Shown: piece by piece, positions 26,208-34,850 of the stretch
Layout: each line of letters begins with the position of its first letter
How positions within the stretch are numbered: the first letter of the stretch is position 1
Virus record (IMG/VR): IMGVR_UViG_3300037608_000090
Location: 1-43,185 of that record
Length of the DNA: 43,185 nt
Reading direction: 5' to 3' (one strand)
Source of the DNA: a virus
Taxonomy: Duplodnaviria; Caudoviricetes
Program-made: the position numbers and the translations under genes
Notes under the pieces: generated by a model
Databases searched by the model: none
What the model saw: only the letters and a program-made list of their open reading frames with translations
What the model was told of the DNA's origin: nothing

Positions 26208-26425
26208 TAGTCCTTTCCCTCCAGCAGGATGACCTCAATCGCCGCATCGGCCAGTCCATAGTCGGCCATGCGGTCCAGCAGCGCCGCGCGTTCGGCGGCC
26301 GTCGCGACCGCGATCGGCACCCCAAACGTCCGGGCGTCGTGGAGGATCCCAGCCACCGCCGCCCGCGACAGCCCCACCGCCGCCGCCTCAAATTTTACAT
26401 ACTGTGGCAATTGATGCCGCTCCAT
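26207..26425 (-). CDS. hypothetical protein (72 aa)
   Basis: Tightly packed with its neighbours (TAATG overlap). Confidence 0.55.
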   Translation of the reverse strand: MERHQLPQYVKFEAAAVGLSRAAVAGILHDARTFGVPIAVATAAERAALLDRMADYGLADAAIEVILLEGKD

Positions 26426-26428
26426 GCG

Positions 26429-26701
26429 TTACCTGCCTTTCAGTGCTTTTTGGACTTGGATAATAGCATCCACCAAAACGGGTTCATCTTTCAATGTTGC
26501 GTACGCAATATTCTTCCGCATGGCCTCCAAAGCCGCGACCATCGCGGTTTTCATCTTTTTTATTTGTCTGTTTTTTTTCTTTACTCGATCTTCAGTAATC
26601 AGCAGCTCGGAGACAACGCAATCAAAAGGGTATCCGTCAAATCGCCCCACGCAGGCCCTGTTTACCCTCTTAAGGTGTTTAGCTATAACCGCGTGCATCA
26701 C
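26429..26701 (-). CDS. hypothetical protein (90 aa)
   Basis: Overlaps the methyltransferase stop codon; lower GC. Confidence 0.5.
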   Translation of the reverse strand: MMHAVIAKHLKRVNRACVGRFDGYPFDCVVSELLITEDRVKKKNRQIKKMKTAMVAALEAMRKNIAYATLKDEPVLVDAIIQVQKALKGR

Positions 26702-28194
26702 CCCACCGCCTTTCCGGCCGCATCGGCCAATCGCACATTCGCCCGCACCAACGCCTCAGCGACGGGCGGACAGACGCTGTTTCCGATCTTGGCCACCTGG
26801 CAGGATTTTGTCCCGGTCAATAGGTAGTCGGCCGGAAACCCCTGCGCCAGCGCCAGCTCGCGCGGGGCCAGCATCCGCAGTCCGATGTCGGCAATCTGGT
26901 AGCGTTCGCCCGCCACTGTCACCAGCCCGAGCCTATCCTTGCTGGTGATCGTGTGCATCGGTTCGCGGCAGTCCTGCCCGACCCCGCATCCGTAATACTT
27001 GATCAAGAACGCCTGCACCTGCCCGATGTGCTGGCCCGTCGCCGTGACCGTCGGCACGGGCTGACGCATATCGCTGCCGATATTGGTGCCGTAGAATTTT
27101 GTCAGGAACGCCGACACCAGGCCAAACCGGTTGCTCGTGTCCTGTGTCCGCAGCGGGGCATCAGCCCGCTGGCCCCGCGTCTCGTTCGTTTTTTGCCCGT
27201 GATACTTGGACAGGAACGGGGCCACCACCGCAAACCGGTTTTCGAGCGTCACCGTTCGCAGCGGCTCCGTGACCGGCCACTGGGCCGACTGACTGCTTTG
27301 GTGATCGATCCCGATCAGGTAGGGCGTCACCAGCCCCATCGCATGACCGGCCCCGGCAGGCCGCTTGATGTAGCTGCCGGCCGTGATGGTGTGCATCGGC
27401 TCGGAGATGGCGCTGCCGGTAGCCCCCGTGCGGAACTTGATGATGAACGGATCGCCGGTATCGATCACGAATTTCTTGATCCCGCGGGCAATCCGCCGCA
27501 GCGTGTTCTCGGCCAGGGGTTTCTTTCGTTCGAAGATCGACGGGCACGGGATCGCCCAATCAATACACTCCGCTGCCGTCCGATAGGGTTTCAAGCCGAA
27601 CAACCCCGGCTCTCCGTGCGTCGGCTCCGGCCAGACAATCGGCTGCCCGTCGCAGCGGGCGATCATAAACAGCCGCTTGCGCGTCGTCGGCGCGCCGTAG
27701 TCACAGGCCGCCAGCTCCTGGAATTGCACCTCGTAACCCAATCCGCGGAGTTGATTCGACCAGAGATGGAAGGTCTTTCCGACTTTTTCCGGGTCGGGCC
27801 GATTGTCGCTGCCCAGCGGCCCCCACGTCCGAAACTCCGGCACATTCTCCAGCATGATCACCCGCGGCCGCAGGGCCTTGGCCCACTTGACCACCACCCA
27901 CGCCAGCGAGCGTATTTCCTTTTTGCAGGGCTTTCCCCCCTTGGCCCGGCTGAAATGCGTACAGTCCGGCGACGCCCACAGGAGGCCCACAGGCCGCCCG
28001 TCGGCGACGGTATACGGGTTGACCGCAAACACATCCTCCGTCCAGTGCCGCGTGCCGGGATGGTTGGCCAGGTGCATCGCAATCGCCTCCGGGTCATGGT
28101 TGACGGCCTCATCGACCTCCACCCCCAGCGCGGCGGCAATCCCCGTGCTGGCCCCGCCGCCGCCGGCAAACAAATCGATCGTGATCTCTCTCAT
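26698..28194 (-). CDS. C5 DNA cytosine methyltransferase
   Basis: Motif I DLFAGGGG, IV SPDC, VI ENVPEF, VIII RKRLF, IX-X RELALAQGFP...IGNSVCPP; long repetitive target-recognition region. Confidence 0.93.
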   Translation of the reverse strand: MREITIDLFAGGGGASTGIAAALGVEVDEAVNHDPEAIAMHLANHPGTRHWTEDVFAVNPYTVADGRPVGLLWASPDCTHFSRAKGGKPCKKEIRSLAWVVVKWAKALRPRVIMLENVPEFRTWGPLGSDNRPDPEKVGKTFHLWSNQLRGLGYEVQFQELAACDYGAPTTRKRLFMIARCDGQPIVWPEPTHGEPGLFGLKPYRTAAECIDWAIPCPSIFERKKPLAENTLRRIARGIKKFVIDTGDPFIIKFRTGATGSAISEPMHTITAGSYIKRPAGAGHAMGLVTPYLIGIDHQSSQSAQWPVTEPLRTVTLENRFAVVAPFLSKYHGQKTNETRGQRADAPLRTQDTSNRFGLVSAFLTKFYGTNIGSDMRQPVPTVTATGQHIGQVQAFLIKYYGCGVGQDCREPMHTITSKDRLGLVTVAGERYQIADIGLRMLAPRELALAQGFPADYLLTGTKSCQVAKIGNSVCPPVAEALVRANVRLADAAGKAVG

Positions 28195-28613
28195 CGGACC
28201 CCCTCGAACAGCGGCATCGCCGTCGCCCGCGTCTGCCGCAGCCGCCGCCGATGCGCCACCAGCACCTGGGCCGCCTCATGCACACTGATCGGCTCCCGTC
28301 GCCGCGTCGTCGCCTTCCGCAACGCCGCGGGCACAAACCCCGGCTCCAGCGCCCCCTCGCATATCTGCCAGTAATGCACCTCCTGCCCGGTGATCGGGGC
28401 GGGAAAGTGTCCGGCGGACTCCAGGTAGCCCATCTGCTCCAGTTCGTTGCGGCGGCCCGTCACGCAGTTGATCGGCCATCCCAGCCTCGCGGCGATCTGC
28501 GCATCGCACAGGCTCGTCTCGGGGGCCTCCAGCACCGCCCGCAGCACCGCACCGCGTTTGGCCGGCAACTGCTCGAAAAGGGCCTTGTAAGCGTCCCTGC
28601 TCGTGTCCCGCAT
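28191..28613 (-). CDS. winged-helix DNA-binding protein
   Basis: MRDTSRDAY...CDAQIAARLGWPINCVTGRRNELEQMGYL pattern. Confidence 0.7.
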   Translation of the reverse strand: MRDTSRDAYKALFEQLPAKRGAVLRAVLEAPETSLCDAQIAARLGWPINCVTGRRNELEQMGYLESAGHFPAPITGQEVHYWQICEGALEPGFVPAALRKATTRRREPISVHEAAQVLVAHRRRLRQTRATAMPLFEGVR

Positions 28614-28718
28614 CCGTGCCTCCGAAGAGAGATGTTGTGTTCCAAACAGGTCCCGGCTACGCCGCCGGGACCCCCGTATAGAAAAGAGCCGCTGTCATAT
28701 AGCTTAACTACGGCCCAC

Positions 28719-28789
28719 TGGCAGGGGAGGGGATCGAACCCCCGATTCCGGGTTATGAATCCGGCGAGATACCATTTCTCTACCCTGCG
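28719..28789 (-). tRNA. tRNA-Met(CAT), initiator-like
   Basis: Cloverleaf: CGCAGGG/CCCTGCC acceptor stem with a 1:72 mismatch, D-arm GAGA-AATGGTA-TCTC, anticodon arm CCGGA-TTCATAA-CCCGG, T-arm GGGGG-TTCGATC-CCCTC, discriminator A; CCA not encoded. Confidence 0.85.
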
Positions 28790-28857
28790 ATAAGCCGGGC
28801 GGCCACCAGTCATCGAAGACATTCCGCCCGGGGTTGGGGTGCCGAAGGGCATCGGCG

Positions 28858-29187
28858 TTAAACGGGTGTCAACTCCTCGGGCGGCCGCGTCGGGACGACC
28901 GCACCGGGTTTTAAGGTATACTCAATCGGGTCCAGCGCCGCCGGCGGCCGCGACTGTTTGGCCCTCCCGATCCGCAGCATATCCTCCATCGCCTGTTCGT
29001 AGGGGCGTCCCTGCCGGATGAACTCCAGCAGCAGCTCGCGGTCATACGCCCGGATGTCGGCCATCAGCCGCGACCAGAACCGCACGTCCGCCGCCAGCGC
29101 CATCTCATCGGCGGTCAGTCCCGCCGGACCGTCCGTCTGTGTCGCAGCGCGTTCATCGCAGGGTGTCATAGATCGTCCTCCCGACAA
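28858..29187 (-). CDS. hypothetical protein
   Basis: ORF on the early-gene strand with a GGAGG RBS before MTPCD. Confidence 0.45.
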   Translation of the reverse strand: MSGGRSMTPCDERAATQTDGPAGLTADEMALAADVRFWSRLMADIRAYDRELLLEFIRQGRPYEQAMEDMLRIGRAKQSRPPAALDPIEYTLKPGAVVPTRPPEELTPV

Positions 29188-29276
29188 ATCGCAAAAACAG
29201 GGCCGTCAGCACGCCCCAGATCATCCATTCCAGACTCATTTGCACTCCCTTCAAAAAATGGCATCAGTCGAACAGG

Positions 29277-29639
29277 TTATTGCAGCGGCGTCCCGTCGTC
29301 GCCGCACAGCACCGCCTGCCGCGGGTCGGGGCCTTTGTTCGTCCCGCCCGTCTGGGCAAACAGGCACAGCTCGCCGTGGACATCGCGTTCGGCCATCGCC
29401 GTCGTCATCACCGCCGGCTTCTTCGGCAGGGCCTTGGCAATGTCCGTCGTCAGCACGAACGCCCCGTTCTTGCCCGCGATGGACACGCCCAGCGTCAGCT
29501 TGGCCGCCGCGTCCTTGCCGTAGGTCGCCTGGTGGGCGATCAGCGACGAGCACACCTCTTTGAACGCCGCCTCGGCGGCCTCCATAAAATTCCCCTGTTC
29601 GATGTTGCCCAGGTTGACTTCTTCGAATTTTGTCGCCAT
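29277..29639 (-). CDS. conserved phage protein (YfdP-like partner of the adjacent gene)
   Basis: GNFMEAAEAAFKEV...AKLTLGVSI...KALPKKP pattern; GGAG RBS. Confidence 0.55.
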   Translation of the reverse strand: MATKFEEVNLGNIEQGNFMEAAEAAFKEVCSSLIAHQATYGKDAAAKLTLGVSIAGKNGAFVLTTDIAKALPKKPAVMTTAMAERDVHGELCLFAQTGGTNKGPDPRQAVLCGDDGTPLQ

Positions 29640-29681
29640 AAAACATCTCCTGAAAAAAGGATTGACCCTGCCTGTCATTCG

Positions 29682-30524
29682 TTACCCGACATACGCCCAG
29701 TCGGCGTGAGCGATCTGGCCGAAGCTGACCTGCGCCCCCGGCATCTGGTGCAGCTCCTCCAGCATCCGGTCGAACTGCTCATGGATGATCACCTCCAGGT
29801 CCGTCACCTCGGCGCTGATGGCCGCCCGCTCGGCGCTGATCGGCACCACCGACAGCAGCGCCGTCATCTCGACCGCCTCGCCGCACAAAAAGATCGGCGT
29901 CCGCAGCGTCAGCGACTCCGGCAGGTCGATCTGGGTCTGGATGGTAGTGCCCGCCTTCACCGACGTCCTGACCATCACGCCGTTGACGGCATGATTGCCC
30001 GCCCCGCTCTCGCAGGTCACCTCGTTACTGACGGTGATCTGCCGCATCAGCATCGCCAACTGCTGCCCGTCCGCCGGGTGCCCGTCCATCCCGACGATAT
30101 ACGGACGGCACCGCACCGCCCCGTCGGCAAACTCCCGCACCGTCTGCGTCTTGAGCAGTGCGGTTTTAATCAGCTTGAAGATCGGATGGTACGGCGGCCG
30201 AAACGCGATCACCTCAAACCCGTCCTTGGCCCCGTCATCCAGCACGGCCTTGGCGACCAGGGCGTCCGTATCGATCAGCACCACCAGCCGCCCGTCGGCC
30301 GGTTTATTCTCCGCCAGGTACCCGGCAAACCCCGCCGGGTCAAAGAAGGTGTGCGCCCGTCGCGGGCTTTCCCGCCGCACCGGCGGATCGACCTTCTGGG
30401 TCAGCTCCAGCACGATCTTTTCCCGTCCGTCCGCCAGCAGGCTCTTGCCCACCTCGATGATGTTGCTGTGCCCCCGCTCCACCGATTCCACAAATTCACG
30501 CACCTCTGTCTTTTCCGATTCCAT
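29682..30524 (-). CDS. conserved phage protein (DUF2303/YfdQ-like), 280 aa
   Basis: HTFFDPAGFAGYL...LPESLTLRTPIF pattern, paired with the YfdP-like gene. Confidence 0.55.
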   Translation of the reverse strand: MESEKTEVREFVESVERGHSNIIEVGKSLLADGREKIVLELTQKVDPPVRRESPRRAHTFFDPAGFAGYLAENKPADGRLVVLIDTDALVAKAVLDDGAKDGFEVIAFRPPYHPIFKLIKTALLKTQTVREFADGAVRCRPYIVGMDGHPADGQQLAMLMRQITVSNEVTCESGAGNHAVNGVMVRTSVKAGTTIQTQIDLPESLTLRTPIFLCGEAVEMTALLSVVPISAERAAISAEVTDLEVIIHEQFDRMLEELHQMPGAQVSFGQIAHADWAYVG

Positions 30525-30560
30525 ACCGCGTCCTTTCGATGTGTTTGTGTTGGTTTACGG

Positions 30561-30887
30561 TTAATAACTGTCATACAGCGGCTCGCCCGTCCGCACACAC
30601 TCGCCGACGATCGCCCGCAACTGGTCATAGCTGTACTTTTTCACCTTCCCCGTCACCACCGGCATCAGCCCGTGCCGCGCCACGATCTGCGGGGCGTGCC
30701 GGTAGAACGTCTCCGGCCCGATCCCCAGCACCGCGGCGCACTCCTCCGGCGTCAACAGCAGCGGCTCGATGAGCTTATGCTCCATCGCCCGCGTCACCCG
30801 CCGCGTCCGCCGCACCGGCCCCGCCGGCGGCCGCCGCTGGGCGGCGATCTTCTTGTTGATAAACCCCGTCTCAAGCTGCGTTCCCAT
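30561..30887 (-). CDS. excisionase-like (MerR-type HTH) protein
   Basis: LLLTPEECAAVLGIGPETFYR...KYSYDQL. Confidence 0.7.
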   Translation of the reverse strand: MGTQLETGFINKKIAAQRRPPAGPVRRTRRVTRAMEHKLIEPLLLTPEECAAVLGIGPETFYRHAPQIVARHGLMPVVTGKVKKYSYDQLRAIVGECVRTGEPLYDSY

Positions 30888-30900
30888 GCCGTCCCCTTTC

Positions 30901-30965
30901 CAAAAAATTATTCAGTCATTTTACTGTCCAAAACGTTTCGTTTATGCCGAGTGCTGTTTCGGCGG
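30901..30965. repeat. 65-bp direct repeat, copy 1
   Basis: 63/65 identical to 31240-31304. Confidence 0.9.
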
Positions 30966-31226
30966 TCAAAGAACGTCGCATCCGTAGGCCCGGTCCAGCC
31001 GCCGCCGCAGTTCCGCCTCCCCGACATAGGCAACCAAGGTGGCGATGGCCTCCGCTTCCGTGGCGCCGCGGGCGACATAGCACTGCCCGTACATGTCACA
31101 AACATAGTGCTGTCCCTGATAGACCGGGACCACATAGCCCATCCGTTTGAGGGTGGCTTGATCCGGCGGCCACGGAATCGCGACGGTGTTGTCTGCGGTT
31201 TCTGCGGTGTTTTGTGTCGTTTCCAT
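30966..31226 (-). CDS. hypothetical protein (86 aa) between the two 65-bp repeats
   Basis: AGAGGA RBS; its stop abuts repeat copy 1. Confidence 0.55.
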   Translation of the reverse strand: METTQNTAETADNTVAIPWPPDQATLKRMGYVVPVYQGQHYVCDMYGQCYVARGATEAEAIATLVAYVGEAELRRRLDRAYGCDVL

Positions 31227-31239
31227 GCTTTTCCTCTTT

Positions 31240-31304
31240 CAAAAAATTATTCAGTAATTTCACTGTCCAAAACGTTTCGTTTATGCCGAGTGCTGTTTCG
31301 GCGG
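31240..31304. repeat. 65-bp direct repeat, copy 2
   Basis: 63/65 identical to 30901-30965; contains the stop codon of the upstream RHH gene. Confidence 0.9.
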
Positions 31305-31502
31305 CGTAAGGATTGACATAGGGGATCGCGTTTTGTTAGAATCGTGAGACTCATTGGATGGGAGACCCATGTCAGGACGGCCAAGCTCTTTGACCCGTTG
31401 TTTACAAAGGTAATTGATCACGCCATCCTGCGTGCGGCAATCCGCTTTCGCAACCGTCTCGATCAATTCCTTCGTTTCATCGGTAATGTAAATATTTGGC
31501 AT
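31281..31502 (-). CDS. ribbon-helix-helix (Arc/Cro-analogue) regulator, first early lytic gene
   Basis: MPNIYITDETKELIETVAKADCRTQDGVINYL has a strand-helix-helix pattern and lies downstream of a strong promoter. Confidence 0.65.
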   Translation of the reverse strand: MPNIYITDETKELIETVAKADCRTQDGVINYLCKQRVKELGRPDMGLPSNESHDSNKTRSPMSILTPPKQHSA

Positions 31503-31553
31503 AGCCGCAAGTCCTTTTTTTATTCTTTTGAAATTCTTTGTTTTTCAAAGTGA

Positions 31554-31582
31554 ATAATATAAACCTATTGTCGGACTGTCAA
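31554..31582 (-). promoter_or_regulatory. sigma70-type early promoter TTGACA-17-TATTAT
   Basis: -35 at 31577-31582 and -10 at 31554-31559 with an exact 17-bp spacer, in the AT-rich divergent intergenic region. Confidence 0.8.
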
Positions 31583-31664
31583 TATTAATTCTTGAATGTT
31601 TCTTTTTAATTTATTTTATAATTCTTTGTTGTTCGTTGTAAATGGCGGCCCTAAAATGTTTTAT

Positions 31665-31979
31665 ATGAAAGAAAAAAAATCAAAAAAAGGCGGGCGAAAC
31701 CTTTATATCCCCGACTTTATTTCTGAAATGCTGGATGAAGAAGGACTAAAGTATGAAGGTCCAGGCACAGTTGCCTCGGCAGCGATCTTTGCTTTTTGCA
31801 TGATGCCGGATGACTTAAAGAAAGCATCGCTTAAGTCGTTTAAAGAAAAGGAAATAGATGTTGCTTACGGAGATAATGCTAAGGCCGCCGATGATCCCGC
31901 AGCCGTTGTTGTCGGTGCCGAAGTTCAACAAGCAGACCGAAAACAAAGTCCGCATCCTCCTCGCGCAAAATCCGGATGA
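31665..31979 (+). CDS. putative repressor, RHH-like (divergent partner)
   Basis: KKGGRNLYIPDFISEMLDEE...VASAAIFAF strand-helix-helix pattern; first gene of the rightward (lysogenic) arm. Start codon uncertain (31656 or 31665). Confidence 0.5.
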   Translation: MKEKKSKKGGRNLYIPDFISEMLDEEGLKYEGPGTVASAAIFAFCMMPDDLKKASLKSFKEKEIDVAYGDNAKAADDPAAVVVGAEVQQADRKQSPHPPRAKSG

Positions 31980-32209
31980 TCGCGGCAATATCCCGCTCTT
32001 TCTCAAAGTTATAAACAAGGTGGTCGGGTACAGCCATACACAAGGGCGTCGTTCAAAGTCATCCAGCGACCGTCCGTGATGGAACCCTCCATTTACTGGA
32101 CCCGACCCCCCAAAAATCAGGAACTCTACCAATATGACGCCGCCCGTCGGTGAAGGTGGACCCATAAAGTAAGTATTTTCACCTACATTTTTTTAAGGAA
32201 GGAGAAAAC

Positions 32210-32953
32210 ATGGAAACCCGTCAATTGTTATTTGAGCAGAACGAAGTCACCCGCATCATACGGATTATTGCCTTCGTGATGGCCGGATTGAATGCTGTTT
32301 TTTGGGGTTTCCCCATTCTTTTGCGCGTCGATATACAGATGGCTCTTCCCCTTCGTGTTTTTTGGGTTGTCGTCATATGGGGGGCGGCATTTTTGAGCAG
32401 CTATTTTTCACTTCATCTCGCCTTACTTCTTGTATTCTTAATACGCGACATTATTTATTGTGTTATCCGGTTTTTGGGACGTTGTCTTGTGGCGTTCGGT
32501 CTTTTTATGTCAAACCCTCAAAAATCTGAAATTAAAAACAGAGACCCAATGGATGTGTTCTCCAATATTTTGCGGGATAAACCCATCCTTAAAAACCCGA
32601 TTACATGGTTTTCATGGGCAATGATATATCTATTATTTATAGCGACGATTGTCCTTAGTGAAAGTGATCCCCTTCGGGGTGGAAAGGTTGTTGCCTCTGA
32701 TTTTTTTAGACTTTCTCACATTATTATATTCGGCGTCGTGACATGGTTTTCTTATCTCGCGTGGTCAAAATGTCAGGGCATGGCGGTGTTATCGGGTTTG
32801 TTTGCTTTGCTATTTAATCCGTTTTTTTTGGTATGCTCACAAAAAAACACATGGCTGTTATTATATCTTGTGACCGCCCTTTTTTTTATTGGCTATTGGA
32901 TGATTTTAACCGGGGCATGGAAACATCTTAAAAGCACTCCAAAAAGAGATTGA
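32210..32953 (+). CDS. multi-pass membrane protein (C-terminus DUF6804-like), low-GC moron
   Basis: Many hydrophobic helices, ALLFNPFF...W motif, strong AAGGAAGGAG RBS, AT-rich. Confidence 0.7.
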   Translation: METRQLLFEQNEVTRIIRIIAFVMAGLNAVFWGFPILLRVDIQMALPLRVFWVVVIWGAAFLSSYFSLHLALLLVFLIRDIIYCVIRFLGRCLVAFGLFMSNPQKSEIKNRDPMDVFSNILRDKPILKNPITWFSWAMIYLLFIATIVLSESDPLRGGKVVASDFFRLSHIIIFGVVTWFSYLAWSKCQGMAVLSGLFALLFNPFFLVCSQKNTWLLLYLVTALFFIGYWMILTGAWKHLKSTPKRD

Positions 32954-33288
32954 CAGGACTTATAATGGACAAACAAAAGATTGATTTTGTTAAAGAAATT
33001 GACTCTGCAAAACCGGATGGATGGTCTTTAAGCATTATGTGCTTTGCTATTCTTTTTGTAATTACAAGAACCTATATCTCCAATGATTTTCTATGGGTTT
33101 TAGTATTCCTGATTCTGTTTGGAGCTGTTGGTTGTTTTATTTTGTTCCCCTATGCGGTCCCCACAGAACGCTTTTTATTTAACTTAAAACCATTATTTTT
33201 AAGGCGTTGCATTATTGTTATTATAAAAGGATTCGCATTTCTAATCGCGGTTTTTGCAGGATTAAACGCACTTGCTTTGCGAGCATGA
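32950..33288 (+). CDS. small membrane protein (3 TM), low-GC moron
   Basis: Three hydrophobic segments, AT-rich, coupled to the previous gene. Confidence 0.6.
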   Translation: MTGLIMDKQKIDFVKEIDSAKPDGWSLSIMCFAILFVITRTYISNDFLWVLVFLILFGAVGCFILFPYAVPTERFLFNLKPLFLRRCIIVIIKGFAFLIAVFAGLNALALRA

Positions 33289-33569
33289 CCTTTGAAAAAT
33301 TGCGGTTGAAGTGTTCACAGAACAAAAAAGAGGAAAGACCCATGCCACACCCCGGCCCCTCATTTTATCGCATGGCCCCGTGGCTGGCCCTGATCGGCGC
33401 TATCGCCGCCCTGCTGGTCCTTTGGCGGTCCGGCGCGTGACAAACTGTAGATACCCGCTGAGCGTCAGGCCATGCAGCGGACAGAAAAGGACGGAAATTT
33501 TCAGCCAAAATCCTTATTTTCACCACGAAAAACGCGGCAAGAGACGGTAAACAGACGGCCTGTTTCCCT

Positions 33570-33610
33570 TTCTAATCCGTAGGTCGCAGGTCCGAATCCT
33601 GCCGGGCGTG
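33570..33610 (+). other. attP core: 3' half of a tRNA-Arg(TCT) gene
   Basis: TTCTAA anticodon loop, TCCGT stem strand, AGGTC, T-arm GCAGG-TCCGAAT-CCTGC and acceptor 3' strand CGGGCGT-G; no 5' half is present; ~60 bp upstream of the integrase. Confidence 0.8.
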
Positions 33611-33671
33611 CTAAAAAACGCGGTTTTTAAGACAATTTAATAAAAGTGTAGATCATAGGGGTATCTACAGT

Positions 33672-34850
33672 ATGCACATACCAGGCTCTTTTTATCAGCG
33701 CAGCGGACGATGGTACTGGCGGATACGTCTGCCGGGCGAACCCAAAACCCGCTGCATCGCCCTGCGCCCCAAAGGCCACACCCGCGCCGTCACCGACCGC
33801 GCCGTCGCCGAGCAGGTGGCCCGGTCCATCCTCCGCGCCCACACCGCCCCGCCGGCCGACCGGGTCCGCACCCTCTACGACCTCTGCGGGATGTACGAGG
33901 CCTGGGCCGACGGCTACTATTTTTCGCAGGAACCCAGCATCATCCGCTACGCCCTGGCCCCGCTCAAGGCCCGCTACGGCCGTCTGCCCCCCGAGGACTT
34001 CGGCCCCCGCAAGCTCAAGCATCTCCAAAAGGAGTGGGAGACCGGCGGCACGGTCTGCCGCAAACAGATCAATCGCCGGATCGACAGCATCAAACGCATG
34101 TTCAAATGGGCCGCCTCCGAGGAACTGGTGGATGTCTCGATCTATCAGGCCCTCCAGACCGTCGCCGGTCTGCGAAAAGGCCGCACCCCGGCTATGGACC
34201 ACCCCCCGCGCCATCCCGTCGCGTGGGCCGACGTAGAGGCCGTATTCCCCTTCACCAGTCCCCATGTCGCCGCCATGATCCGGCTGGGATGGCTGACCGG
34301 GATGCGTCCTGAGGAGATTTGTCTGATGACCCCGGCCGCGATCGACCGCGCCGGCCCGGTCTGGCTCTATACCCCCTCCCGCCACAAGATGAGCTACCGC
34401 AGTCAGGTCCGCCGGGTCTATCTCGGCCCGCAGGCCCAGGCCGTGCTGACGCCCTATCTGGACCGCCCGCCCGAGGCGTTTTGTTTTGACCCCAAAGAAA
34501 GTGAGGTCTGGCGCGCCGCCCAAAAACGCGCGGGTCGGCAAACCCCCCGCTACGGCAAGCGGGCGATGGATACCGCCCCCCGCGTGCATGCCGCCGTCGG
34601 CGACCGCTACACCACCGCCGCGTTTGGGAAGGCCGTCCGCTACGCCCAGTTACGCGCTGGCGCCGCCGGCGTCGCCCTGACCCACTGGACGCCCTACCAG
34701 CTCCGCCACGCCCGCGCCGACAGCCTCCGCACCGCCGAAGGCCTGGATGTCGTCGCCGCCGTCCTGGGCCACAAGGACATCACCACCAGCCAGCTCTACG
34801 CCCAACTGGACGCCGCCAAGGCCATCGCCGCCGCCGCCAAGTACGGCTAA
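33672..34850 (+). CDS. int: tyrosine integrase (392 aa)
   Basis: N-terminal arm-binding GRWYWRI, core-binding domain (INRRIDSIKRMFKWA), TGMRPEEI, HK, YQLRH, LGH and SQLYA; next to attP. Confidence 0.92.
   Translation: MHIPGSFYQRSGRWYWRIRLPGEPKTRCIALRPKGHTRAVTDRAVAEQVARSILRAHTAPPADRVRTLYDLCGMYEAWADGYYFSQEPSIIRYALAPLKARYGRLPPEDFGPRKLKHLQKEWETGGTVCRKQINRRIDSIKRMFKWAASEELVDVSIYQALQTVAGLRKGRTPAMDHPPRHPVAWADVEAVFPFTSPHVAAMIRLGWLTGMRPEEICLMTPAAIDRAGPVWLYTPSRHKMSYRSQVRRVYLGPQAQAVLTPYLDRPPEAFCFDPKESEVWRAAQKRAGRQTPRYGKRAMDTAPRVHAAVGDRYTTAAFGKAVRYAQLRAGAAGVALTHWTPYQLRHARADSLRTAEGLDVVAAVLGHKDITTSQLYAQLDAAKAIAAAAKYG

Noticed and set aside
31185-31226. 9-bp periodic repeat at the start of the 86-aa gene
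   Set aside because: It is an in-frame coding repeat (ETTQNTAETADNT) unrelated to the pentamer arrays.
33570-33610. Complete tRNA-Arg gene
   Set aside because: The acceptor 5' strand and D-arm are missing, so it is interpreted as the attP core.
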